A stretch of DNA of 27,783 nucleotides from a virus (IMGVR_UViG_3300024254_000117:1-27783); one strand, 5' to 3'. Shown: positions 17,264-25,550, counted from the stretch's first letter. Notes: generated by a model not told the origin, from the sequence alone. Numbers and translations are program-made.

Positions 17264-17434
17264 TTATTTACGCCCTCCAAAATTACGGGCAAAGTTAGCT
17301 TCTTTTCGTAAAGCTGGACTCTTACTATGAAGTGCTTTGCTAAGCTTTTTAGCAGGAATTGGCTTACCCTGTGGCACTCCTAACTTCTTATGTAACAATC
17401 CTTTATGTGATGGTTTAATCAGTGACTTTGCCAT
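17264..17434 (-). CDS. Small basic phage protein (56 aa), KGxLHxxLGVPxGxxIP type
   Basis: MAKSLIKPSHKGLLHKKLGVPQGKPIPAKKL...RKEANFARNF, a motif recurrent near phage head genes; ATG lies 1 nt after the portal stop. Confidence 0.7.
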   Translation of the reverse strand: MAKSLIKPSHKGLLHKKLGVPQGKPIPAKKLSKALHSKSPALRKEANFARNFGGRK

Positions 17435-17435
17435 A

Positions 17436-19655
17436 TTATTGAGCTTGCACACCCCCTCCCTGCATACTTAACACCGCATGATTTTTCACCATCTCTAATG
17501 CACTTGATATATCAGGGTTTTGCTGTCCTTCAGGCGAGTTTATAAAGGCTGTCAGATACTGAATAAATTGTGGCGTTATCTTTTTAGGCATAGGTGGCAA
17601 CGGAGCACCATTATCAACAGCATTGATTACCTCTTTAATAAAGGCAATTGCTTGCATTGCGCCTTGATCTTGAGGCTTCTTAGCAGCTTGTGCCTGTTGT
17701 TCAGCCTGCTGCTGTTGCGCCTGTTGAGTCTGCTGAATTTGTGCCTGCTGTTGCTGTTGTTCTAATTGCTGTTGATGCTGTTGAGCACTTTGTTGCGCTT
17801 GCTGTTGACCCTGCGCTTGTTGAGCAGCTATCTCCTGCTGTTGCTGTACTTCTTGCTGATGCTGTTCTTCCTCTCGCATCTGTTTCACGATGTCAGCAAT
17901 TGGCCCAACATTGTATGCTTTTAAAATCACATCAGGTGGCAAATTAGCCATTTGTGGGAAGGATGCTAAATCTTTCATAGCTTGCCGTCTGCCTTCACTG
18001 GTATAAGCCATATATGACGAAATCTGGACATCTACAGCACATTTTTTAGGAAGTATAATAGTTTTATTTGGCTGCACATCTCCTGGCTGTTGTGGTTGCC
18101 CTGAGAAGTTTTGTGCCACAGGCTGTTGTCCTTGCTGTTTCAAATCTTCATCAGCCTCTTCACCAATAACCTTAAAGAACATCTTCTCCCCTGTTGTTGT
18201 TGATGTAATAACATTACGAGCTGTCACTGTCTTTTGAGCAAGAATTGAGAGCATATATTCATAGACATCTTCCAAAAACTCCTCAGTATTCTCCGTTAAC
18301 TCACTAAGATTAGTTGAGTCACCTTCCTGTAATGCCTCAATTGCAACACCGCTTGTAGCATCTGGTGAACCCTCACCACGACTGGCATCATGTTGGCAAC
18401 CAATATCTTCAATGTATTGATTAATACGCTCTATTTGATTGCCTAACTCTTGTGAGAGTTGTGGTATTTCCATTGCTTGAGGAGCAAACTGAGCACCCAT
18501 TTTATGCTCAACAAAAATCCCGTGTTGATTAGTAACCGTCTTAACTCCTGAGTTCTTAGGCATTGAATAGCGTCCTTTATTCACAATGACGTTATATTCC
18601 ATAGCTGAGGACTCATTCAGTTCTAATGCTTTATTGAGTGGTACGAGGTTTTTAATCCAACCCTGTCCATACATAGAGAGCGGTTCAACATCTGAAGCAA
18701 GCCTGAAGAATGGTAACCTATCAAGTCCTGTGTCTTCAGGTTCTCTCACAATCTGCTCACCAACCTTTGCACAAATCATGATTCTATCTTTTTTCGTTTT
18801 AACGGTTATCTTCTTTCCTTCATTGTCTGGATCATCCTGCTCTTCTTCTGAATCATAGGATTCCTTATACCAAAATTCCTTTAAGATAACTGACCCATGC
18901 TCTTTTTGCCCATCATTAAACATATATTGCCCACGTTCATAGGACATAATTCTTGATTTCAAAGTCGATGCTGCCAGGTTATCATCGCCAACAACAGCAT
19001 CCCAATCAGCATTCTTATATTTCGGGTCTTTGCGCAAATCATCAATATTACGTCTAATTGCTAAGATCATGTAACGAGCTTCTTTAGGAAGTCGTGCTAT
19101 TGGGTCAATATATAAGTCATAGGGGTCAACAACATTCACAACGATTGCACCTTGTCCATCTTCTGCGTTTTCATCCCACATTACTTGCCACCAACCAACA
19201 GAATATTTAAGAGCATGAAGCATTGTGGCACGCAGCTGAGATCTCAAATGCAAATGGTCATGGAGATAAAACATAAAGCGATTGAGATACATTGCCTGAT
19301 CTACATCCTGATCGGTCATGTTAAATGGAGTGACTTCTGCTATTGGATCATTCTGGAGAACATGAGATCTAACACTTCGAAGTGTTGAATAAACTTTATT
19401 GATGGTTACTTTTGGTCTAGTATCAGTGCGTGGTGTCGATGAAACAATTTGTTGGGTATTTTTATCCCATCTAGCATAATGATTACCGTTGTACCAAAGA
19501 TCATATTGAAACCATTTCCAGTCTAATTCTCTACGTGCGGATTCTGAATCACTCCACCAGCGGTTTAACATTTGATTGACACCAGATTGAGGGTCGGTCT
19601 TTTTACCAACTACTTTTTTAATACTTTTAGTAACGGTGTCCAGTACGTTAGCCAT
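17436..19655 (-). CDS. Portal protein (podovirus/P22-like) with a Gln-rich C-terminal region
   Basis: 739 aa, located after the terminase. Motifs WYNGNHY, INKV, VVDPYDLYIDP.A, YGQG....L...N and ATSGVAI. Confidence 0.88.
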   Translation of the reverse strand: MANVLDTVTKSIKKVVGKKTDPQSGVNQMLNRWWSDSESARRELDWKWFQYDLWYNGNHYARWDKNTQQIVSSTPRTDTRPKVTINKVYSTLRSVRSHVLQNDPIAEVTPFNMTDQDVDQAMYLNRFMFYLHDHLHLRSQLRATMLHALKYSVGWWQVMWDENAEDGQGAIVVNVVDPYDLYIDPIARLPKEARYMILAIRRNIDDLRKDPKYKNADWDAVVGDDNLAASTLKSRIMSYERGQYMFNDGQKEHGSVILKEFWYKESYDSEEEQDDPDNEGKKITVKTKKDRIMICAKVGEQIVREPEDTGLDRLPFFRLASDVEPLSMYGQGWIKNLVPLNKALELNESSAMEYNVIVNKGRYSMPKNSGVKTVTNQHGIFVEHKMGAQFAPQAMEIPQLSQELGNQIERINQYIEDIGCQHDASRGEGSPDATSGVAIEALQEGDSTNLSELTENTEEFLEDVYEYMLSILAQKTVTARNVITSTTTGEKMFFKVIGEEADEDLKQQGQQPVAQNFSGQPQQPGDVQPNKTIILPKKCAVDVQISSYMAYTSEGRRQAMKDLASFPQMANLPPDVILKAYNVGPIADIVKQMREEEQHQQEVQQQQEIAAQQAQGQQQAQQSAQQHQQQLEQQQQQAQIQQTQQAQQQQAEQQAQAAKKPQDQGAMQAIAFIKEVINAVDNGAPLPPMPKKITPQFIQYLTAFINSPEGQQNPDISSALEMVKNHAVLSMQGGGVQAQ

Positions 19656-20007
19656 CAGATTCTATTACTCCTTGGAGATCATCACGTGCTTCATCAAGAG
19701 AAACTGTCTCATCTTCTGTTTCATCTTCAACTTCATTTGGTGCATCTGTGTGCTCTTTATATTGTGTAAGCGTTCCAGCTTGAATACGGTCATAGAGGTC
19801 TTTACGTTCCTTAGCCATAATCTCTATTTGGTCAACTAATTGTTGACGATAACTTTCACTAAGATTTTCCCGTTCTTCCCGTGCTTGTTCTGTTAACCAT
19901 TCAATTGTCCCTTGCAGTTGTGAGACATACCAGAGGAAACTAAAAACAATGCCGGAAATGATAAGAAGAATTCCTAGGATGAAATAGATAAAAACAAGTG
20001 TTTCCAT
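19648..20007 (-). CDS. Membrane-anchored coiled-coil protein (119 aa)
   Basis: Start METLVF at 20007 after cassette E7; one N-terminal hydrophobic helix, then a charged coiled coil and acidic tail. Confidence 0.65.
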   Translation of the reverse strand: METLVFIYFILGILLIISGIVFSFLWYVSQLQGTIEWLTEQAREERENLSESYRQQLVDQIEIMAKERKDLYDRIQAGTLTQYKEHTDAPNEVEDETEDETVSLDEARDDLQGVIESDG

Positions 20008-20106
20008 AAAATTCCCACAAAAAAAGACGCCCACTCCGATAAAAGAGTTTGCGTCTGTTTTCAGTTAGACACTAATACTATATATTGCTACTCAACAGGT
20101 TGTCAA
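20008..20106 (-). promoter_or_regulatory. Promoter-hairpin-terminator cassette, copy E7 (first in transcription order; heads the portal-capsid block)
   Basis: TTGACA-18nt-TATAGT-attagt-GTCT AACTGAAAAC AGAC-GCAAACTC TTTTATCG GAGTGGGCGTCT TTTTTT-GTGGGAATTTT-ATG. Confidence 0.88.
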
Positions 20107-20109
20107 TCA

Positions 20110-20373
20110 TTATTCATGATTCCTTGGTAAGCCCATACCATTTGTAAGTTCTGTGCTTGCTTCAATTTTAGATATTTTTCCTTTAGCATAATTAATATAA
20201 ATTCTCCCTGTCCCACGAGTTTGATTAAAGGTAACTAATGCTTCAAGCAACTTAATCATGTGTCGCTCTCCTCCACCACCTTCTGCTTCATCCTTCATCA
20301 GCATATGCAACGCAAACATATCAGGAGCATATTGTTGTAGTTGTTGTTCAAGTGGTGTTAATGGTTTATTCAT
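20110..20373 (-). CDS. Small protein (87 aa) with a DUF2292/YezD-like helix plus beta-hairpin C-terminus
   Basis: KLLEAL...GTGRIYINYAKGKISKIE resembles the 'helix-G-x-I/V-x-I-xxx-G-x-I/V-xx-IE' pattern of YezD-like proteins; recognised by eye only. Confidence 0.5.
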   Translation of the reverse strand: MNKPLTPLEQQLQQYAPDMFALHMLMKDEAEGGGGERHMIKLLEALVTFNQTRGTGRIYINYAKGKISKIEASTELTNGMGLPRNHE

Positions 20374-20506
20374 TGTTGTGTTCTAAATTCCATAGCTGAT
20401 TTTCTAAATTAGTAATTTGATTCCACAAATCATTTCTTTCTGCCAGATCATTAGAACAGCTAAATTTTACTCTCAGTTTGATTAATTGCTCTTCTATCAA
20501 TTCCAT
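20366..20506 (-). CDS. Small hypothetical protein (46 aa)
   Basis: Hand-translated MELIEEQLIKLRVKFSCSNDLAERNDLWNQITNLENQLWNLEHNNE; TAATG overlap with the terL stop. Confidence 0.45.
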   Translation of the reverse strand: MELIEEQLIKLRVKFSCSNDLAERNDLWNQITNLENQLWNLEHNNE

Positions 20507-21867
20507 TAAAATTCCCCTCTCAATTCACTAAAATCTATACTGTCTTCCCCTGCAAAATTAACATCAGTTGTTATATCAGCAGGTGGAATATATGTCCCTG
20601 GAATTTTACCATAGCCAATTTTATCACGTATTTCTTCAAAGTAATGTTCATACATACAGTTAAGATCAGCCAGGGCATCCATCATATGATCGTTAAGTTT
20701 TAATGGTTGTTCTGAGTCATTTGCTAATTGATCTTTCTTTTCAGGCCATGAATATGTCTCATGCTCCCAGATAGTTTTTTCACACCGTGGATGCACGAAA
20801 TATCTAGGCTTACCTGACAATTTATTAACTTGTAACCGTGTAGCCCATCGCTGTATTTTATATCTCACATAATTAACATTTGTTTCACCACTTTGTTTTT
20901 CAACTCCTACAAAATTGTGCCCAAACTGATTAAGCTCTAATATATCTCCTGCTGCTGCACTATCCATGGTTTCATATTCGTAACTTTTAATGCCAGTTGT
21001 TTCATCAAGTGCAAGCAATTCATCGTGTAAAACAGTATTAGTCATACCAACTTTATAGAGTTCATGCGTCTGATAAAAATCACCCTCTTTATTCACAGCA
21101 ATGATAGGAATAGCAGAGGGGTTGGTATATCCTCTATCGAGTCCACGAATCCAATAAACAGGTTGAAATTCATCAAGCGATATATCTTTGACATGAATCA
21201 ATCTATCAAACTCTTTATAAACAAGCCCTGTATATTTTCTGAAATCTGCCATGTATTCCTGATAAAACACGTCTTCTAACAGATCGTCTTTCTTTTTATC
21301 TATTTCCTCTTTTTTGATTGTAGGATTATCATAGGAGGTAAACCGCCATGATTTATAATCTCCTGATTGCCTTTGTCCTAAATTAAATAAATCATAGAAA
21401 TGATTGTAGCCTTTGGGAGTTCCAATAAATATTGCTGGTGCTGAATTATCAAGAAGAGTAGCAGATAGTACTTCTTCCCAGAGCCATGACCATGCTCTAA
21501 TAGATGCAATTTCATCAACACATAACCCTCTCAGTTTTACTCCTCTTAAAGCATCTGGATTATCAGCACCTTTCAACTCAATCACAGAGCCATTAATCAA
21601 CGTGACACTCCTACCCTCATATTTCTTAGCAATCAATTGCTGCGGAAATTCTCTAAGCATTTCACGCCAATGATTCTGTACTGATTGCGTGTATGTCGGT
21701 GAGACTATCCAATATAATCCTTGCTGTTTCATTGCCATTTGCAACAAAAGCATTCTAGCAAGTGTAGATTTTCCAAAGCGTCTCCCAGCACAAATAATAC
21801 GATAACGATGGGGATCATTTGCAACTTCCAATTGAGCAGGAGTCAGAGCAATAGTAAGTTTATTCAT
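20506..21867 (-). CDS. terL: Terminase large subunit
   Basis: Walker A AGRRFGKS, Walker B LCVDE, GTPKG coupling motif, nuclease motifs GLDRG and NDHMMDAL. Confidence 0.95.
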   Translation of the reverse strand: MNKLTIALTPAQLEVANDPHRYRIICAGRRFGKSTLARMLLLQMAMKQQGLYWIVSPTYTQSVQNHWREMLREFPQQLIAKKYEGRSVTLINGSVIELKGADNPDALRGVKLRGLCVDEIASIRAWSWLWEEVLSATLLDNSAPAIFIGTPKGYNHFYDLFNLGQRQSGDYKSWRFTSYDNPTIKKEEIDKKKDDLLEDVFYQEYMADFRKYTGLVYKEFDRLIHVKDISLDEFQPVYWIRGLDRGYTNPSAIPIIAVNKEGDFYQTHELYKVGMTNTVLHDELLALDETTGIKSYEYETMDSAAAGDILELNQFGHNFVGVEKQSGETNVNYVRYKIQRWATRLQVNKLSGKPRYFVHPRCEKTIWEHETYSWPEKKDQLANDSEQPLKLNDHMMDALADLNCMYEHYFEEIRDKIGYGKIPGTYIPPADITTDVNFAGEDSIDFSELRGEF

Positions 21868-22345
21868 TTTTCAGATTAGTAAAATCAATCTGCACATCTC
21901 CATTAATTTGAGTGTTATTTTGATTCAGCACTTTAGGCCCTGTAATGTTCTCATATTTAGGCAATGGCATTCCCATATCTTTTGCCAAAGCGTAGAGCAT
22001 GTTTATATCTTTTCTTTCAATCAAAACATTATTATACAGGTCTAGCATTCTTCCGTAAGTCAAACCTTGTGCTTCAAAATACTCTTTTCGCAAATTGTTA
22101 ACCTTTGTTATATTTTTAGAACCAATTACTCGTGCAACTCTATAAGCCTTTGGATCTTCCCTATCAAGGTTGTATGCTTTCAATGCAGAAGCTGTAGCAT
22201 TCCCATAAGTATCTTTATTCTTTTTATCTAAAAAATAAGACTCCCATAGTTGATATTTTGGGGTCAAATAATATGATTTAGCAACTTCTATTTTTGCTTC
22301 TTGAAGTTCTTTTTCTTCATCTGGTTTGACAGCTAAATCACTCAT
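21860..22345 (-). CDS. terS: Terminase small subunit (putative)
   Basis: GNATASALKAY...ARVIGSKNI resembles the TerS helix-turn-helix motif; overlaps the terL start. Start MSDLAV at 22345. Confidence 0.7.
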   Translation of the reverse strand: MSDLAVKPDEEKELQEAKIEVAKSYYLTPKYQLWESYFLDKKNKDTYGNATASALKAYNLDREDPKAYRVARVIGSKNITKVNNLRKEYFEAQGLTYGRMLDLYNNVLIERKDINMLYALAKDMGMPLPKYENITGPKVLNQNNTQINGDVQIDFTNLKNE

Positions 22346-22505
22346 CTTGTTTTTCCGGCTCCTTATATAACCATCCCTCAAGTTCTTTTGCACAACTATC
22401 AGGGCATAAATCTAATTCTTTATTTAACGGCAATTGAACACGATAAGGTCGCCCGGTAATTTCTTTACTACAAATTGGCCTGTCACAAAAATGTTTACTA
22501 CTCAT
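22338..22505 (-). CDS. Small Zn-finger-like protein (55 aa)
   Basis: Hand-translated MSSKHFCDRPICSKEI...DLCPDSCAKELEGWL; overlaps both neighbouring genes. Confidence 0.55.
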   Translation of the reverse strand: MSSKHFCDRPICSKEITGRPYRVQLPLNKELDLCPDSCAKELEGWLYKEPEKQDE

Positions 22506-22732
22506 AAAGTCTTTCTATATTGTTTCATCCAATCTTTCCCCCAATAATATGTTTCATCTGAATTTGGTTTAGCTAACCATTCACGCTGATTTTTATATCC
22601 TCTTTTTATCGCTTCAGCGTTTGCAGCTTTATCAACTGCTCTTTCACATTTTCTGTGAAGAACATAATATATATCTTTTTTTGACTTATGCAATCTTTTA
22701 CAAATAGAACAATAGGCTTTATGCAATATCAT
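22502..22732 (-). CDS. Small basic Cys/His protein (76 aa)
   Basis: CSIC...H..C pattern. Confidence 0.5.
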   Translation of the reverse strand: MILHKAYCSICKRLHKSKKDIYYVLHRKCERAVDKAANAEAIKRGYKNQREWLAKPNSDETYYWGKDWMKQYRKTL

Positions 22733-22798
22733 AAAAATATTTACTTATATCAAATACCAATTTGCAGAACGGCTACAAAAAGGTATTTAACAACATCT

Positions 22799-23047
22799 CT
22801 AATAGGATGTTATTCCATTTTCGTTATTATATGGAACTCCTTTACCTAACACATCAAAATCACGTGAAACTGGATTTGTTTCAGCTCTTTTTACTTTTGG
22901 TAGTCCAGCATGTCCAGTTCTGGGTGCTACTAAAGGATAGTTTGTTGGGACACCAATATCAGAAACAACAGGTGTTGCAAGTGTATCTGCAATTGGGTCA
23001 CGTGTCACTCCTATATCAAAGCGTATATTTGTAATTGGATTTGGCAT
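22799..23047 (-). CDS. Hypothetical protein (82 aa)
   Basis: Strong SD AAAGGAGGTGA upstream of the ATG at 23047. Confidence 0.6.
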   Translation of the reverse strand: MPNPITNIRFDIGVTRDPIADTLATPVVSDIGVPTNYPLVAPRTGHAGLPKVKRAETNPVSRDFDVLGKGVPYNNENGITSY

Positions 23048-23195
23048 AATCAATCACCTCCTTTAAATAAAACATTCGTTAAATGAAAATTCCAAATAAG
23101 ATAATTAATAAAAACCTCTTTACATGTAATACAATAAATTTTCATAGCTTTTCCGACAGAGACAACAAGGACGGCTTATTGTCTCAAGCAGTAAA

Positions 23196-23648
23196 CTATT
23201 TGCCCTCACTTGCAAGCTTTGTCCAATAAGCTGCCTGAGCAAAAGATGCCTTAGCCATTTCAACAGCAAGTGTTTTATTTTGCGATTCCAGAAACGCAAT
23301 TGCATCACTTGTTTCTGACTCCAGCTTATCCAAGGTATATGGTTCATCTGGCTCAGGTGCTGGTGGTTCTTGAGGAGCTTCCGGCACAACTTCTGGTTGT
23401 GCAGGCTGTTCCGCTGGCTCCGCAGGAACTTCAGCAGGTGTTTCGGCTGGTGCTTGTTCTACAACAGGTGGTGCTGGTTCTACTGGCTGTTCCGCTGGTG
23501 TACTCTCACTTGGTGGATTAGCAGCTTTTTCAGCTTCCTGTCGTCTTTTAATTTCTGCTTGAAGATCATTTTCTTCTTGCATAGAACGGTTTGGCTTATT
23601 CAGGAGTTCTAAATAATTTCCATCCGTCATTCCTTGATTTTCGTCCAT
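23196..23648 (-). CDS. Acidic Pro/Glu/Ala-rich protein with a C-terminal helical hairpin (150 aa)
   Basis: SD GGAGGTGA before MDENQG; low-complexity PAE linker; C-terminal AVEMAKASFAQAAYW. Confidence 0.65.
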   Translation of the reverse strand: MDENQGMTDGNYLELLNKPNRSMQEENDLQAEIKRRQEAEKAANPPSESTPAEQPVEPAPPVVEQAPAETPAEVPAEPAEQPAQPEVVPEAPQEPPAPEPDEPYTLDKLESETSDAIAFLESQNKTLAVEMAKASFAQAAYWTKLASEGK

Positions 23649-23649
23649 C

Positions 23650-24228
23650 TTATTCACCTCCCTCCTGTAAAGGTTTTTTAAAATCTTTTTTATCAGCAAC
23701 AAAATGGCATGATGGACATTCTATTTCAGAAGCTTTAGCAATTTTATCTGTCATCAGAAATTCATTAAGAGCAGTTGAGATTCTTTTGTTTTTTGTCCCC
23801 ATCATATATTTGGACCAATCAAGCGTATAGCTTTCTGAAGTATTAGCAAACTTATCCCAATCAAATTGACCGACATGTCCTTGATCTATGAGTGACCAAT
23901 CTTGCATCCCGTCTTCTTTAGATTGATAGCGGTCTGCACTTTCTACTCCATCAACTTTGACATACCATAACCCATCATCTTTTTGGAAGAATTCAAGGTT
24001 TTTAATCCATATGCGTTCAACTCCTAACTGTGTATATGCTTTCAATCTTTTATTTCCAGCAAGCACCCAATAAATATTTGCTTCATCTGATGTAGTTACA
24101 ATGAGAGGCTTAAATTGTGGTTTTTTTTCTATTTCTTCTTTTACTAAATCAATATCAGTTTGCGTGTAGGTTTGGAGATTTCCAGGCCATTCTTTAATTT
24201 GTGCGGTGGGTAGTGTTAGATATTCCAT
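23650..24228 (-). CDS. ParB/Srx N-terminal domain protein with a C-terminal Zn ribbon
   Basis: PLIV...VLAGNKRLKAY.QLG ParB-like motif and IECPSCHF; such genes commonly sit upstream of terminases. Confidence 0.75.
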   Translation of the reverse strand: MEYLTLPTAQIKEWPGNLQTYTQTDIDLVKEEIEKKPQFKPLIVTTSDEANIYWVLAGNKRLKAYTQLGVERIWIKNLEFFQKDDGLWYVKVDGVESADRYQSKEDGMQDWSLIDQGHVGQFDWDKFANTSESYTLDWSKYMMGTKNKRISTALNEFLMTDKIAKASEIECPSCHFVADKKDFKKPLQEGGE

Positions 24229-24248
24229 TTTGTCTAAAGATTACACAA

Positions 24249-24557
24249 CTATTTAATTTTTTGCAAGTCTTCCCCCTCAAGCAATTTCAGGACCTCATCT
24301 TTTGAAACACAAATTTTTAGCTCACGTTCATCATATAACACATTTAATTTCTCAATTCCTTCCCGTATCCTCTCCTGCTCAGCTTTAATAGCTTCTTTAG
24401 AATCAAATACTTCAGAACAATTCATACATTGATGAACTGGGCATTGCCCAACTCGAGCATAATTTAATTGAGATTGTTTTAAATGCTCCTGATTAATACA
24501 CATTGAGTTTTCATCATATCTACGACAACCACATGCTAATTGCTTTTTAGTTTTCAT
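24249..24557 (-). CDS. Hypothetical Cys-rich protein (102 aa)
   Basis: ATGA coupling with the RusA-like gene. Confidence 0.5.
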   Translation of the reverse strand: MKTKKQLACGCRRYDENSMCINQEHLKQSQLNYARVGQCPVHQCMNCSEVFDSKEAIKAEQERIREGIEKLNVLYDERELKICVSKDEVLKLLEGEDLQKIK

Positions 24558-24925
24558 ATATACTTCTCGTCAATAATAATATGCATCCTCTCTTCTTTGC
24601 TAATATACCAATCAAAATATATCCCGCTAATTGCATCCCATCCATCATTTTTAATAACTCCCGCCTGAGCTAAGCCATCTAGTAACCATTTCGTATTTAT
24701 AAGTAAGTTATCTTTATCACGTCTCTTATCTTTAAGATAAAATGTAATACACACTGATACCGGCAATTGCATTGCTTTAAGCTTTTTAACTTTTGCCTCC
24801 CAGGTAACAGCTGTTGTCCATTCTTTCTTAATAGCTGCTGCTTTATATCGATTTGTTCTCTCAGCCTTTATATACGTATTCAGATCCATTAATTTTTTAT
24901 TTTTGATTATTAAAGTTTGTTGCAT
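24554..24925 (-). CDS. rusA: RusA-like Holliday junction resolvase
   Basis: LNTYI...R...KK, RRDKDN...K.LLDGL..AGVIKND catalytic pattern; likely start MQQTLII at 24925. Confidence 0.75.
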   Translation of the reverse strand: MQQTLIIKNKKLMDLNTYIKAERTNRYKAAAIKKEWTTAVTWEAKVKKLKAMQLPVSVCITFYLKDKRRDKDNLLINTKWLLDGLAQAGVIKNDGWDAISGIYFDWYISKEERMHIIIDEKYI

Positions 24926-24941
24926 ATGTATTGTTATTGGG

Positions 24942-25103
24942 TTATTCTCCGTTAGCCTCGATAAAATCAATGAGTTCACATTTAATCTTAAATGCATCAA
25001 CCAATATCTCATCAAAACTCGTAACGTCATCCTTTTTGGTTAAAGCAAGTGTATGATTATCGAAAATCTCGTCAATTTTATTTTGTATTTCTTCTCTATT
25101 CAT
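24942..25103 (-). CDS. Small hypothetical protein (53 aa)
   Basis: Hand-translated MNREEIQNKIDEIFDNH...ELIDFIEANGE. Confidence 0.45.
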   Translation of the reverse strand: MNREEIQNKIDEIFDNHTLALTKKDDVTSFDEILVDAFKIKCELIDFIEANGE

Positions 25104-25239
25104 AAAATCGTTTGTTAGTTGGCCTTATTTTTACAATATTTACATTTTCTCCAATAACCTTTTTTAACTTTTCCGTTTTTACACTGATGATAAATGATTT
25201 TAATTATTTCTTCACCCATACTAATCTGAGTAATTACGC

Positions 25240-25343
25240 TTGAAAACTTAGGAAAGCGGGGGAAGCGTGCACTGATAACACTCTACCTCTTCCCCCAAAG
25301 CTATGTGAATAACCTTAAGGCTTACGCCTTCCTAAAGTTTCAA
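25240..25343 (-). ncRNA. Candidate structured RNA (long closing stem with internal hairpins)
   Basis: Minus strand TTGAAACTTTAGGAAGGCG pairs with CGCTTTCCTAAGTTTTCAA and encloses AAGC/GCTT and GGGGAAG/CTTCCCC stems. Confidence 0.45.
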
Positions 25344-25355
25344 TCCGAATTACTT

Positions 25356-25538
25356 CTATTCTTCCACGCTGTCTTCAATCTCCCATCCACAAATACTACA
25401 AAAGACTTTTCCATCTTGAATAAAAGTTTTCTCATGTTTACAGGTATTTATAATTTCATCACTCATAGCATGTCTTTGTTCAATTGCTCCCTCAAATGGT
25501 TCTATTCCGATAAGTGACTGTTTACTCACAAAAGACAT
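25356..25538 (-). CDS. Small Cys/His protein (60 aa)
   Basis: CKHE...FCSICG pattern; ATG at 25538. Confidence 0.5.
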   Translation of the reverse strand: MSFVSKQSLIGIEPFEGAIEQRHAMSDEIINTCKHEKTFIQDGKVFCSICGWEIEDSVEE

Positions 25539-25550
25539 AATTATTAAATG

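Noticed and set aside
1673-20106. ATTGAA(A/C) in the repeated elements resembles the 3' end of some CRISPR repeats (ATTGAAAC)
   Set aside because: The copies are dispersed, not arrayed with spacers, and flanks differ; each sits in a promoter-terminator context and no cas genes are present. A role as a solitary repeat mimic is not excluded but has no support here.
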